This document shows positions 1 through 11,477 of a stretch of 64,000 nucleotides of DNA, one piece after another. This stretch comes from an uncultured Chitinophagaceae bacterium (GTDB lineage: Bacteria; Bacteroidota; Bacteroidia; Chitinophagales; Chitinophagaceae). Location: the NCBI GenBank assembly GCA_963754585.1, contig CAVWGT010000002.1, positions 8,865-72,864 on the forward strand, written 5' to 3'. The number at the start of each line of letters is the position of its first letter. Within the stretch, counting starts at the first letter, position 1. Below the pieces are notes generated by a model that was not told the origin of the DNA, did not search any database, and saw only the letters and a program-made list of their open reading frames with translations. A program made the translations under genes and the position numbers.

Positions 1-1
1 T

Positions 2-720
2 ACCGTTAATCTGCAACTGACAGTAAATCCGGTTGCCAAATACAGTCAAAGTATTACGATTTGTGAGGGAGATAGTCTGGCGGTGGGCGATTCGCTTTAC
101 CGGGTATCAGGAACTTATGTCAATGTGCTAAGCACGAAACTGGGCTGCGACAGCACCGTGACGACTGAGCTGAAAGTAGATCAGTTGAATCTTGCCGCGA
201 TGCAGAATCTTTTTATTACCCAGGGAGATAGCGTGGAGCTTCATGCGGTGGTGGAGCCGGCAGGCAGTTATAATTACGTCTGGCAACCGCCGGCAAGTTT
301 GCTATGTCCAACCTGCGCGGACACCTGGGCACAGCCGGCATCAACCACTCTTTATACCTTGAATGTTTCGGATGTAAATCAAGATTTGCAGCCGGGAGTG
401 GCAAGGTAACTGTGCAGGTAAGGCCCTGCGGGATTTATCCGCCCACAGCTTTTTCGCCCAATCATGACGGGGAGAATGATGTGTTTTTTGTTTATGGAAA
501 CAGCTGCGTGAGCAAGGTCAAAAAAATGGTTATTTACAACCGCTGGGGTGAGGTGATCTATATGAAAGAAAATTTTGCTGCTTCTGAGCCTTCGAATGGT
601 TGGGACGGAAACTACAAAGGACAACCTACGGAGCCGGGTGTTTACCCCTATAAAATCAAGGTGGAGTTTAAAAGCGGGGAACTGGTAGATTATAAAGGAA
701 CTGTGACGCTGATAAAGTAG
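2..720 (+). CDS. 3' part of a large surface protein ending in a gliding-motility-associated C-terminal domain (T9SS type B sorting domain). The frame changes near 400.
   Basis: Open from the window edge in frame 2 (TVNLQLTVNP...CEGDSL, adhesin-like) and continues in frame 1 from about 400. The C-terminus SPNHDGENDVFFVYG...IYNRWGEVIY...GWDGNYKGQPTEPGVYPYKIKV...GTVTLIK is the classic CHU_C / type B sorting signature. Confidence 0.75.
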
Positions 721-729
721 GGGAGCAGG

Positions 730-928
730 CCACCCGTCGTACGGCTTTTTCGCCGTCCGACGGGTTTAAAAAGTTGCAATTATCCAGAAAGCTTGAAGGA
801 GCTTTATTTTTGTTGCTAAAAAAAGAAAATTTTCTCTGATATCTTTTGGTTGCAAGTTTTCCGGTTTGGTTGGAGATACACAAGTTTTTATTACCCGTCC
901 GACGGCGGAAAAAACCGTAGGACGGTTG
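730..928. repeat. Pair of ~35-nt imperfect inverted repeats flanking a ~125-nt AT-rich spacer, between convergent genes
   Basis: 730-765 CACCCGTCGTACGGCTTTTTCGCCGTCCGACGGGT matches the reverse complement of 893-928 ACCCGTCCGACGGCGGAAAAAACCGTAGGACGGTTG. Each arm is itself a hairpin (CCCGTCG...CGACGGG). Confidence 0.6.
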
Positions 929-974
929 CCGCACTCGATCACCGCGGATCATTCTGATATTGATAATACTTTAA

Positions 975-2749
975 TTAATGAGCTGAGGCGCGCTCATCTT
1001 TTCCCATCAGATCTGAAAAAACCTGACTATTTGCCCTAAGTTCCGCATAGGTTCCTTCCTCGATTAAACGGCCATCTTTTAGAATATAGATGTAATCAAA
1101 CTTTGGAAGAAGATGCAGCCGGTGAAGCGCCGAAAGCACGGCTTTGTCTTTGAACTCAGCGAACATATTATCATAGATCAAAGCTTCTGTTTTCGGATCG
1201 ACGCTGCTGGTGGGTTCATCAAGAAGTATGATATCGCTGCTTTTGGCAGCCAATACACCCCGCGCCAGTGCAAGTCTTTGTTTTTGTCCACCGGAAAGAT
1301 TCACGCCTTTTTCCTGGATATTGGACTCTATTCCATTTGGCAGTTTTTCCAGCACGGAGCTGAACTGGGCTGTATCACAGACGCGGTTTATTTCAGCGGC
1401 CGGAAAAGGCAGGCCAAGGGTGATATTATAAGCGATCGTATTTTCAAAGATTTCAGGATCCTGCGGAAAAAGCGTAACCGTATCTGCCAGCATTTCAAGC
1501 GGCAGGTTTTCTGATCCGTCTACATATAGCTCTGCACCAATTTCTGCATCATATAAACCGCGTAGAAGCGCCAGAAGCGTACTTTTCCCGCTGCCACTTT
1601 CACCGATAAATGCAATGCGCTGACCGCGCTGGATGCGGATATTAAGCCCGTGAAGACTATGCGCTTTTTTCTCTGCTTCATAAACAGCCGAGTGCGAGAA
1701 ATTAAGATTGCTGATCTGGATCTGATTCCAGTTTTCAGGCAAAGATCCGGGGATTTCACGGCTGTGGGAAGCTGTATAGGCCTCACCGATACTGCGGGCT
1801 GTTTGCACCTCGGTATTATAACGGATGATTTCAGTGTACTGCCAGGCGACATCCTGAAAAACGCTGGTAAACTGATTGACGTAGCCCAGTAGCGTTACAA
1901 GTCCGCCGACAAGAAAGATCGTGCCCGGAACATAATTCTGGTAGATATAACCCACTGTGATCACCACGTAAATAAGTCCAATGAAAAGACTGGCCACAAA
2001 CCATTTCCATTCATTGATAATGACTGTTCTTAAAAAGGAAGGAAAGACCTCGGCGATTTTCATTTGCAGCGCTGCCTGCATGCGCTTTTCAAGCCGAAGG
2101 GTAATAACTGTTATAATATTGGAAAGACTATCAAAAAGTGTCGAGGAAACAATGTGCTCTTTCTCATTGGTCTCATCAAGCGCTTTAATAAAAGGCTTGT
2201 CAAATTTGAAAATCACCCAGACAGTAACGATCCCGATCAAAACGCCGATACTTCCATACAGCGGAGAAAAGTAGACAATGGCGGCAAAGGAAAAGACAAA
2301 TTTGGAAAAGGCATGAAGAAACATAAACCCGTTCTGAAAGAAATCTTTCAGCGCTTCATAAGCTTTTCTGATCCGGTTGATCGTCGCTCCGCTGTGATGA
2401 TCCTGATGCCAGCGGATCGGAAGATGCAGCGACTGATGGTAGAGTTCATCGAGAAAATTGCGGCTCAGATCAAAGGCCAGTTTTCTTTCCATCACACGCG
2501 CCGGGCCATGAAAAGCCCATTCCAAAAGATTCAGCCCGATGTAGGCGCCGGCATACCACCACACATTTTGCAAGCACCTCGGTGCCTTTTGTTTGCAGCG
2601 ACTGCACAAACCAGCCGTACAAGATGGGCTGCAATGCCAGTACCAGGTTGGACATTATGAACATGCCGTAGACCAGCAGGTAGCGGTTTTTCTGCTGCCG
2701 GGCATAACGCCAGGCTGGTGGCTAGCAGCGATATATAAGGATTACGCAT
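975..2749 (-). CDS. Fused permease/ATPase ABC exporter. The N-terminal ~50 codons are split over three frames.
   Basis: 544-aa ORF with Walker A GESGSGKST, signature LSGGQKQRLALAR and Walker B ILLDEPTS. ORFs 2470-2664 and 2531-2749 supply the first TM segment in other frames. Confidence 0.85.
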
Positions 2750-2928
2750 TCAGATTGTTATTTCAACCGCAAAGATAACGGGATTGTTTTTTCTAAGGAA
2801 GCGTCTGGTGCTGATCAAAACGCCGGGAATATTATTTCCTGTCAATAGGGAGTAGTTTCGGGTGAATTTTCTTCTTTTTAGAAATAAAAAACAACATTTA
2901 ATCCAAGAACCGTATCAAGACCAATCTT

Positions 2929-3573
2929 ATGAAGAAGACAGTAATTTTATTTTCGGCGCTTTTAGCCCTTACGGTTTTAATCAGTGCTGTTTCAGCTCCT
3001 AAACAAGACGGATGGATCTCAATTTTTGATGGCAAATCCCTGAAAGGATGGAAGGTCGGCAATAATGCAAGTTCTTTCTCGATCGAGGATGGTGCTATTA
3101 AGGTCAACGGGCCAGTTGGGCATTTGTTTTACGAAGGTCCTGTGAAAAACCATATGTTCAAAAACTTTGAATTTAAAGCACAGGTCATGACCAAACAGGG
3201 TTCAAATTCCGGGATTTATATTCATACCACTTATCAGGAAACAGGCTGGCCATCAAAAGGTTATGAAGTGCAGGTGAATAACTCACACACAGACTGGAAG
3301 CGGACGGGAAGTTTGTACAACATCGTGGACGTGAAAGAAACATATGTGAAAGATGATGAATGGTATACTGAATATGTCAAAGTAGAAGGCAAACACATTA
3401 CCATCAAAATCAACGACAAAACCGTTGTAGACTACGAGGAAAACGACACCGACAAAAGATCAGCCGGTGAAAAAGACAGAATCCTGAGCAGCGGTACCTT
3501 CGCTTTGCAGGCGCACGATCCAAAAAGTACGGTATACTTCAAAGACATCATGGTAAAACCATTGACTGAGTAA
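2929..3573 (+). CDS. Secreted DUF1080 (3-keto-disaccharide hydrolase-like) domain protein
   Basis: Signal peptide MKKTVILFSALLALTVLISA, then DGWISIFDGKSLKGWK...FKNFEFKAQV...SGIYIH...GYEVQV...FALQAHDPKSTVYFKDI, typical of the family. Confidence 0.8.
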   Translation: MKKTVILFSALLALTVLISAVSAPKQDGWISIFDGKSLKGWKVGNNASSFSIEDGAIKVNGPVGHLFYEGPVKNHMFKNFEFKAQVMTKQGSNSGIYIHTTYQETGWPSKGYEVQVNNSHTDWKRTGSLYNIVDVKETYVKDDEWYTEYVKVEGKHITIKINDKTVVDYEENDTDKRSAGEKDRILSSGTFALQAHDPKSTVYFKDIMVKPLTE

Positions 3574-3595
3574 AATATTTGAACGAGTGTTTAAT

Positions 3596-3645
3596 ACGGA
3601 GCTTGCGGGAAAATTTTGCAATTTTTCAGCAAGCTCCGTTTGTTG
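3596..3645 (+). terminator. Hairpin plus T-rich tail after the DUF1080 gene
   Basis: ACGGAGCTTGC (3596-3606) pairs with GCAAGCTCCGT (3629-3639), followed by TTTGTTGT. Confidence 0.6.
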
Positions 3646-4299
3646 TAATAAGACGGAATTGATCAGATCAGGCTCTTAGATTATGACCATTAGCTTTATT
3701 TCGCCCATTCAGGTATGCGCCAATGCAGTCAGCACAATACTTGGCCATCACCTTTTAATGGTGTCAAAGTACCGGATATTTAATACTGCCGGTAGAAAGA
3801 GTCTCCAAAATCAAGTTGGATGAGATTGTTCTAAAAGCGGCCTGTAGATTTGGAACAGGTAGTGTGAAGGGGCAGATAAGAAAGACATGTAGCGTCGAAG
3901 AAGCTATTAGTCTGGTTTTGATAAGGAAACATTTAGAATGCTTGGTTCTGGAAAACCAGTTCCCAGACACTCTGAAAGCCATAACTTGCCACGGCGAAGA
4001 AATGAATTTATATAAAATATTTAACTCCCAAATTTTATTTTCTTTGTAATCTCCAACTGTGTTGATGGGATCTATGTTAGGGTTATGGAGCAAACACTTT
4101 AAACCTTAACAGCCCATTTAGTTAGATGATTTCTTTAAATCTAGCAAATGCAATATTCATCATTAGATGAAGTTGATGATGGCTGAATTTGAAGAGTTTA
4201 TTCGTCTGTTTTAAGGTAAAATGTAAAATGATAAGCGTATTATACCGGCCAACATTATTTGCCATTGGATAATGAAGCTATTTCCGGTGTTCTCCATAG

Positions 4300-4533
4300 T
4301 CAATCAAAAATTTTGGAATCGAAGAAATCTTTAAGTGTAATATTTAATGCTTTACAAAATTTGTTGATGCTATATATTGATGCTCCTCTTCCAGCTTCCA
4401 ACCTATGTAGTACTTGCTTTTCAGTAATGAGATTTTCCAGAGCGAAATGAGACTGCTTCTTGCCAGTAGATTCCCTTAATTCAGTCATCCGCATAGCAAT
4501 TTGCTCTCTAAGATTTTGGTCTATTTCATTCAA
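4300..4533 (-). CDS. XRE-family helix-turn-helix transcriptional regulator (77 aa)
   Basis: LRESTGKKQSHFALENLITEKQVLHRLEAGRGASIYSINKFCKALNITLKDFF is a typical HTH_3 layout. Confidence 0.75.
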   Translation of the reverse strand: MNEIDQNLREQIAMRMTELRESTGKKQSHFALENLITEKQVLHRLEAGRGASIYSINKFCKALNITLKDFFDSKIFD

Positions 4534-4581
4534 TTGCTATCACTCATCACTGCAAGTGAAGCTTAGCAATAATTAATTGAT

Positions 4582-4609
4582 AAAAAGTCAACCATTTGGT
4601 TGACTTTTT
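4582..4609. promoter_or_regulatory. Perfect 13-bp-arm palindrome upstream of the XRE gene (candidate operator or bidirectional terminator)
   Basis: AAAAAGTCAACCA-TT-TGGTTGACTTTTT, 49-76 nt upstream of the XRE start at 4533. Confidence 0.5.
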
Positions 4610-4743
4610 ATCTGACAATGTATTAGTTTTGAGGTATTAAGAAACACGAAACTTCAAAAAGAAATTAGAAGCATTCGTTTAGTGTCCCAATTAGAAAACT
4701 GGTAATTTTTTGGAACGGGACCAAGTTGAATCGCTCATGTCCT

Positions 4744-4818
4744 AGGCGTGAGTTCAGCTTGCTGTTCCAGGGTTCTACCAGTACCTCTAATGAAACAAGT
4801 TGAGTCTCACGCCTTTTT
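4744..4818 (+). other. Long imperfect hairpin followed by a T5 run (terminator-like; possible 3' end of a small RNA)
   Basis: AGGCGTGAG (4744-4752) pairs with CTCACGCCT (4806-4814), with an extended imperfect stem TTCAGCTTG/CAAGTTGAG, then TTTTT. No credible CDS lies upstream on the + strand. Confidence 0.3.
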
Positions 4819-5085
4819 AGGTTCCACCGCCGCACCCTTTTGAGACCCAACTGTTTTTTGCCTTTTGTTTAACGCTGAATTATCAGCACAAACCAAATTG
4901 CGCGTATGATGTCGATTCTTGCCTTAGTGATCTGTCCGCCGGACTGAAAATTTGATTTTGATATTATTTTTAGCTGTATCTGTGTTTTTTTAACAGTTTG
5001 GCTACTATTGTTTTCACTGCCCTTTTGTGGTAGTCTGGAAGCGAATGGAATTCCTATGTTTTCACTCCAAAAAATTATCACTGCA

Positions 5086-6447
5086 ATGAACTTACGTTTT
5101 TGCTTTCAGGGAAAATTATGGACTTTAATATCCTATGTCCTGTATCTGTCCCTTATGTTTTTATTGCTTCAATGCTGGAAACCTGTCCAGGCCCAGCAGT
5201 ATCCGGCCGTGCGGATCGGGGAGAAAGTGCCTGATCTGACCATTCCCGGTGTGATCGGCGGTAAGAGCCCGTCTGTGAAACTTGCCGATTTCCGGGGAAA
5301 ACTGTTAATCCTTGATTTTTGGGCCACCTGGTGCAGCCCGTGCGTGGCAATGATTCCGGTGATGGATTCGCTGCAAAACCGCTTTGCGGATAAAGTTCAG
5401 TTTCTTCCTGTAACTTATCAAAGCGCCTCGCAGGTGAATGGATTTATCAGCAGGTATGCCGCCCGAAAGGGCAAACGTATACAGCGTACGGAAGTGGTAT
5501 CTGACAAAATTTTGTCTTCACTTTTTCCACACAATGCCTTTCCTCATTACATCTGGATCGATCAAAATGGTATTGTAAAAGCCATCACTGGCATGGACGA
5601 GATTACCGCGGAAAAAATCCAGGCATTTTTAGATAAGCCAAGTCTTGTCTTAAGCCGTAAAGAGGATGCTCCACGTATACCCTACACGGATAAAAAACCT
5701 TTCCTGGTTGCCGGAAATGGGGGAGATGGCAGCAATCTCATGTACCATTCCGTGCTGGCCTGCTACACTGACGGGCTTGCGAGCGCCTACTCCATCGGGA
5801 AAGCCGATAGCGTGCTGGGACGGAAGGTCACCGCATCGAATCTAGGGCTTCAAGGCATGTTCCAGCTCGCCTACGGAGAGGGAAAACGGTATTTCGGAAA
5901 GAACAGGACGGTTGTTGAAGTGGAAAACCCTTCTGAGCTTGATGTCTCTTTGACAGGAAACGCGCTTATTGACTGGTTCAAACAGGGCCACGGGTTTTGT
6001 TATGAAGTGATCGTACCCTTTGCTTTTAGGGAGCGGGCCTTTGATATTATGCGAAGGGATCTGACACAGTTCTTTCCAATGTATCAGGCCAGGGTTGAAA
6101 GCCGTTTGAAAAGATGCCTGGTGCTGGAAAGGACCTCTGCCAATGACAAGCTTGCGAGTAAAAAGGGAGCAGTAAAAACTACCTTCGATCAGGCCGGATG
6201 CAGCCTTCGCAATACCAGCATTAAATCACTTACCGGCATGCTGGCTGTGATCTATATGCAAGGATCGCCTATGCCAATCGTTGACCAGACCGGGTATAAG
6301 GGTGCTGTGGACCTTGATCTGGAAGCAGACCTTACAGACGTCGGCCAGCTAAACACCGCCCTTGCAAAATACGATCTGCGGTTTGTCGAGCGCGAGCAGC
6401 CCATTGAGCTATTGATCATAGGCAGCAGTGCTGCCCAAACCCACTGA
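5086..6447 (+). CDS. TlpA/redoxin-family thiol-disulfide oxidoreductase fused to a C-terminal domain resembling the TIGR03435 family
   Basis: Signal/anchor MNLRF...LLLQCWKPVQAQ. Thioredoxin motif LILDFWATWCSPCVAMIP. C-terminal PIVDQTGYKGAVDLDLEADL resembles the DxTGLxGxYDFxL motif. The start at 5086 was chosen over the ORF-track start at 5008. Confidence 0.7.
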   Translation: MNLRFCFQGKLWTLISYVLYLSLMFLLLQCWKPVQAQQYPAVRIGEKVPDLTIPGVIGGKSPSVKLADFRGKLLILDFWATWCSPCVAMIPVMDSLQNRFADKVQFLPVTYQSASQVNGFISRYAARKGKRIQRTEVVSDKILSSLFPHNAFPHYIWIDQNGIVKAITGMDEITAEKIQAFLDKPSLVLSRKEDAPRIPYTDKKPFLVAGNGGDGSNLMYHSVLACYTDGLASAYSIGKADSVLGRKVTASNLGLQGMFQLAYGEGKRYFGKNRTVVEVENPSELDVSLTGNALIDWFKQGHGFCYEVIVPFAFRERAFDIMRRDLTQFFPMYQARVESRLKRCLVLERTSANDKLASKKGAVKTTFDQAGCSLRNTSIKSLTGMLAVIYMQGSPMPIVDQTGYKGAVDLDLEADLTDVGQLNTALAKYDLRFVEREQPIELLIIGSSAAQTH

Positions 6448-6454
6448 TTTACAT

Positions 6455-9400
6455 ATGAAAGATTTACTTATACTAATCTTGATCTTTTTTTAGCTGTGCC
6501 GGTTTCTGCCACGCGCAGTACTGTACACGGACGCGTGGTGTCTCAAAAAGACGGCACCGCACTGGTAGGCGCCTCTGTAAAGATTAAGAAATCCAGCTCA
6601 GGAACGCTTACGGATGTGGATGGTACTTTTTCACTTGCCGCGGAAGGAGCAAGTCCGGTACTTATCATATCATTTATCGGCTTTGTAACCCAGGAATTTG
6701 TAGTTTCTGACCAGCAGCCCGTTTTAATCTCCATGCAGGAAGATGCCAATCAACTCAGTGAACTGGTTGTTTCAACCGGTTATGAGCAGATTCCCGCAGA
6801 GCGCTCGACCGGCTCGTTTGCCCACGGTTGACCAAAAGCTTTTAAACCGCAGGGTGAGCACGGATATTTTAAGCCGTATGGAAGATCTGGTTCCGGGTCT
6901 TAGCTTCCGGAAAGGAAAAGGAACTTACACCAACGCCATATCGATACGTGGAAGAAGCACCATCAAAGGAAATACCCAGCCGCTGATCGTTGTAGATAAT
7001 TTTCCTTTTGAAGGCGATATCAACAGCATCAATCCCAATGACATTGAAAATATTACGATCTTAAAGGATGCGGCGGCCGCTTCGATCTGGGGCGCTAGGG
7101 CAGGAAACGGTGTGATTGTCATCACCTCCAAAAAAGGGCGGGTCGCCAAGCCGTCCCTTAGTTTTAATTCCAATATCACATTCAGCGCTAAGCCCGATCT
7201 TTTCTACCGCTCGACGGATGAGCAGCTCCGAATTTATAGATGTCGAAAAGATGCTGTTTCAAAAAGGATATTATGCCAGCTCAGAAAATTCAGTGGCCAA
7301 AGCTCCCTCGACCCCAGCCGTGGAGCTTATGATTGCGGGCCGTGATGGTAAAATTACCCAGCAGCAGCTCTCTTCTGACCTGGCCGGTTTGTCCGCGCAA
7401 GACGTCAGAAATGATTTTTCAAAATATTTTTACAGGACAGCAGCAAACCAGCAGTATGCCCTCAATTTAAGCGGAGGTAGCCAGGCAAACCGCTATTTTT
7501 TCTCGGCGGGTTATGATAAGAATTTGGCTGCCGAAGTGCGTAACGGCTATGACAGGGTCACATTAAGCGCAAACAATACGTATCAAAACGAAAGCGGGCG
7601 GCTTGAATTCTCTACGGGTTTGTATTTCGCATCCGCAGATAACGGCCAATAATAACCCTGGCATAGCAGCCATCCGGTTTAATCCCTACACGGGTATTTA
7701 TCCCTATGCGCGCCTTGCTGATGCCGGTGGCAATCCACTCAGCACGGTAAATACTTACAGGCAATCTTTTGTCGATGCGGCTCAGGACAATGGTCTTTTG
7801 GATTGGCATTACAGCCCTTTGCAGGAACTGAACGTATCTGACAACAAAACCAGTACAACCCACTACCGTGCGAATGCTGCCCTTAAATACAAACTAACCG
7901 GCGCACTGCGGGCTGAGCTTTATTTTCAGTATGCCAAAGACCAGTCCTCGGCCGTGAATCTGCAAAGTCAGGATAGTTTTTATACCCGCGATTTAATCAA
8001 CAATTATACCCAGGTCTCAGCGGCAGGTGTTTTAACCCGAGCTGTTCCTTTGGGCGCTATCAAAGATTTGACAAGCGCATCGGCTGCCAACTGGAACCTT
8101 CGCGGGCAGCTGCACTACAATAAAACCTTTGGCACAAAACATGAGCTTTCAGCCCTTGCTGGCTACGAGGTCCGTGATAATCATACGCTGAGTGGCAGCT
8201 CCCGGCTATATGGATATAATCCGGATTATGCCACGGTGCAGCCGGTTGATTATATCACCAGTTTTCCGGCCTATTACTATCCAAGGCTTGTAAGAAAAAT
8301 CCCTTTCCGGGATTCTGAATCTGATCTGACCGACCGGTTTGTCTCCCAATATGCCAATGGGGCCTATACCTATGCGCAGCAGTTGACGGTTTCAGCCAGT
8401 GCCCGTTTTGACCAGTCCAATTTGATCGGGACAAGCGACAAGGGAGTTCCACTTTGGTCTTTGGGCCTTGCATGGAACCTTCATCAGCAGGGGTTTTACC
8501 ATTTTTCAGCGCTTCCATACCTGAAAGTCCGGGCGACTTACGGTTATAGTGGTAATGTCAATAAATCTGTCACCGCGCTGACAACAGCCTACGCGGGCGG
8601 GATTAACGCGGTCTCACAGCTGCCTTATTCAACGGTTGTAAATCCTCCTAATCCTGATCTTCGCTGGGAGCGTTCCCGGATGATCAACACCGGGATCGAT
8701 TTTGAATCCAAGGGTAGTATCATTTCAGGAACGGTGGAATTTTACTGGAAAAAAGGGATGGATTTGATCGGGGTAACACCCTTTGCGCCTTCAACCGGGA
8801 TCACCACCTTTACCGGAAATACAGCCGACACAAAAGGGAAGGGGCTTGATCTGACCCTGAACAGTAAAAATATACAGCGGCAGATCGCTTGGAATACCAC
8901 CCTTCTGTTGAGCTATCAGACCGAGCGGGTCACCCACTATCCGGTGCAGGCTACTGCAACCAGTTATGTGCAGTCAGCAGATGGCATTGGTGTGGTGCCC
9001 CTTGAAGGAAAACCCGTTTTAGCGGTCTATGCCTACCGCTGGGCCGGGCTGGATCCTGCGACGGGGAACCCTTTGGGATACTTAAATGGTGACATCAGCA
9101 CGGATTATCAGAAAATCATCCAGACTGCAACGCCACAGAATCTGGATTATAAAGGGCCTGCACTGCCTGTGGTATTCGGCGCACTTCGCAATACGGTAAG
9201 TTGGAAAGGCCTTTCGCTCTCTGCCAATGTATCCTTCCGGCTGGGTCACTATTTCCGCCGGGAATCCGTACGGTACGCTGATGTCCTTTCCGGCGCAGGC
9301 AGTCACGGTGACTACCGGCTGCGCTGGCAAAATCCGGGCGATGAAAAGCGTACACATGTTCCTTCCATGCCCGAATCCTCGAATGCGAACCGGGATAATT

Positions 9401-9670
9401 TCTATGCGTTCTCCTCGGCCCTGGTCGAAAAGGCAGACAATATTCGTCTGCAGGATGTTTCGCTCAGTTATGAGCTTAATAAGAACTCGGAGCCCATGGC
9501 TGCCTTTCAAGAAAGTCAATCTTTATTTGTATGCCAACAATTTGGGTATTCTATGGAAAGCCACCCAAACAGATCTGGATCCGGACTATTCCACCGTGGG
9601 TGTGACCACAGTAGTGACCACCTATCCGCCGCCGCGTTCGCTGGCAATTGGTCTAAAAATTGATATCTAA
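6455..9670 (+). CDS. susC: SusC/RagA-family TonB-dependent outer-membrane transporter, interrupted by at least 5 frame changes
   Basis: The ATG at 6455 gives [12 protein letters not shown] and then a stop inside a T7 run (6485-6491). There is a CarboxypepD_reg-like segment ([20 protein letters not shown]...TDVDGTFSL), a plug ([29 protein letters not shown]), a barrel, and the C-terminus [21 protein letters not shown]...[11 protein letters not shown]. Pieces: 6496-6831, 6743-7345, 7116-7652, 7603-9663, 9227-9670. Confidence 0.85.
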
Positions 9671-9685
9671 ATAAAGCAGGAAACG

Positions 9686-11071
9686 ATGAAAAACATTTTT
9701 TTTAAATTTACGGTGCTGACCATTTGCCTTTTTGCCCTGGCCGCATGCAGTGAGCAGTTTTTGGAAAAAAAGCCTGATAAGGCGCTTTTGGTGCCTTCCA
9801 GCCTGAACGATTATCAGGCACTTCTGGACAATATCAACGTTTTTAATAACGCGCCGGCACTGGGTCAAATCGCCGGGGATGATTTTTACATCTCAGACGC
9901 AGGATGGCAGGGGCTGAGCGTGCTGGAGCAAAATACCTACACCTGGCAGAAGGATGTTTACGGTGGCACGCTGATGATTTCGGACTGGAATGTGCCTTAT
10001 CAACAGGTTTTTTATGCCAATGTGGTCTTGGATGGGCTGGCATCGCTCGATGTGAACCCGGGTGAGCAGGCCACTTACGAGACTCTGCACGCCAGTGCCC
10101 TTTTCTACCGGGCGCTCGCCCTGTACGGACTAACCCAGACGTTCACGCCAGGGTACGACCCCGCTTCGGCGGGGGCTACCCTGGGCATTCCGGTGCGTCT
10201 TCATGCAGATGTGGAAAAGCCTTCGCTTAATCTGAATCTGAGCAGTGCTATGAGCAGATTCTTTCAGATCTTACCGTCTCGGCAGCCAAGCTTCCGGCGC
10301 TGTCCGCAAACCGGAACCGGCCTTGTTCGGCATCAGCTTATGCGCTGATGGCGCGCGTGAACCTGGTGATGAGCCGCTATGATTCTGCGCTGGAAGCGGC
10401 AGACAAAAGCCTGGAGCTGAGCAGCAGTCTTCTTGATTACAATACGCTGGATTCATTAAAAGCGGTGCCTTTTCCGCTGGCGCTCCCCTCAGGCAAATCC
10501 GGAGGTGCTTTTTTACGACTGTCTTTTAAATTACAGTTATTTAAACAATGCGCTCACCCAGGTGGATACCGTGCTGGTAAAAAGCTACAAACCGGGGGAT
10601 CTGAGAGCCAAACTGTTTTTTCAGAAGGGCGCCTCAGGAAACCTGAATTTTCGCGGGACCTATACCGGAAGCATTGGTGTGGGCACAAACAGCGGACTTT
10701 TCTGCGGACTGGCTACCGACGAAGTGTACCTGATTAAAGCAGAATGCCTGGCAAGGACCGGCCAGAAGGATAAGGCCCTGCAAGCTTTGAATACAGTACT
10801 GGAAAAGCGCTGGCAAAAACAGGCTTTTGTGCCGCTGACTGCTGCCGATGCCGACGCAGCATTGTCGGTAATTTTGCAGGAACGCCGAAAAGAGCTGGTT
10901 GGCAGGGGGCTGCGCTGGTCTGATTTAAAAAGGCTCAACCAGCAGCAGGGTTTCAGATTGGATCTAAAAAGAAAGGTGGCACAGAAGCAGTATGAGCTGC
11001 CAGCCAACGATGAGCGCTACCGCTTCCCCGTACCGGTTTCAGAATATGTTACGGCCCGTCAGGGAATATAA
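9686..11071 (+). CDS. susD: SusD/RagB-family nutrient-binding lipoprotein, with 2 frame changes
   Basis: Lipoprotein signal MKNIFFKFTVLTICLFALAAC, SusD-like_3 N-terminus, and C-terminal LQERRKELVGRGLRWSDLKRL. Three overlapping ORFs in frames 2/1/2. Confidence 0.85.
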
Positions 11072-11077
11072 AAAAAA

Positions 11078-11104
11078 GCTGGCCGGGCAAAACGCCCGGC
11101 CAGC
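11078..11104. terminator. Bidirectional hairpin between susD (+) and the small peptide gene (-)
   Basis: GCTGGCCGGGC-aaaac-GCCCGGCCAGC, preceded by A8. Confidence 0.7.
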
Positions 11105-11111
11105 CTAAAGA

Positions 11112-11354
11112 TTAACGGGCATAGGTGCCCAAGACCACACCTTGCGGTTCGCCGTCCACAAGCGCTGTTGCCGTACACTCATCGGTGCTCGCCGAACAGG
11201 TGTAAGTAGGACTGATAGGTTCCCAGGCCCCATTGATTTTACCAAATGCGGGATCTGCCACTTTGGGCGCTGAGGCTGTGGCAAAAGCAAAGCTGCTACC
11301 CAGTAAAAGGGCCGCTGCAAACAAGAAATCAACTTTTAACTTTTTCATCTTCAT
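11112..11354 (-). CDS. Small secreted peptide (80 aa precursor, about 55 aa mature) with two Cys; resembles the small DUF6520-type Bacteroidota proteins
   Basis: MKMKKLKVDFLFAAALLLGSSFAFA signal, then SAPKVADPAFGKINGAWEPISPTYTCSASTDECTATALVDGEPQGVVLGTYAR. The family assignment is from memory only. Confidence 0.55.
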   Translation of the reverse strand: MKMKKLKVDFLFAAALLLGSSFAFATASAPKVADPAFGKINGAWEPISPTYTCSASTDECTATALVDGEPQGVVLGTYAR

Positions 11355-11477
11355 ACTGTTTAAAATGTTAAAACTTAAATCAATCATGAACGCTTACTCT
11401 GTTTTCAGGTTTTCAGCGGCCCCTGGCAGCGGCAGGGCAACCGTCCGGGTTGTGCCTGCACTGTCTTATATTTTTTC

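Noticed and set aside
4744-4850. Minus-strand GTGCGGCGGTGGAACC... resembling a group II intron 5' end (GUGYG).
   Set aside because: No domain V/VI-like sequence and no reverse-transcriptase ORF are nearby. The match is the pentamer only.
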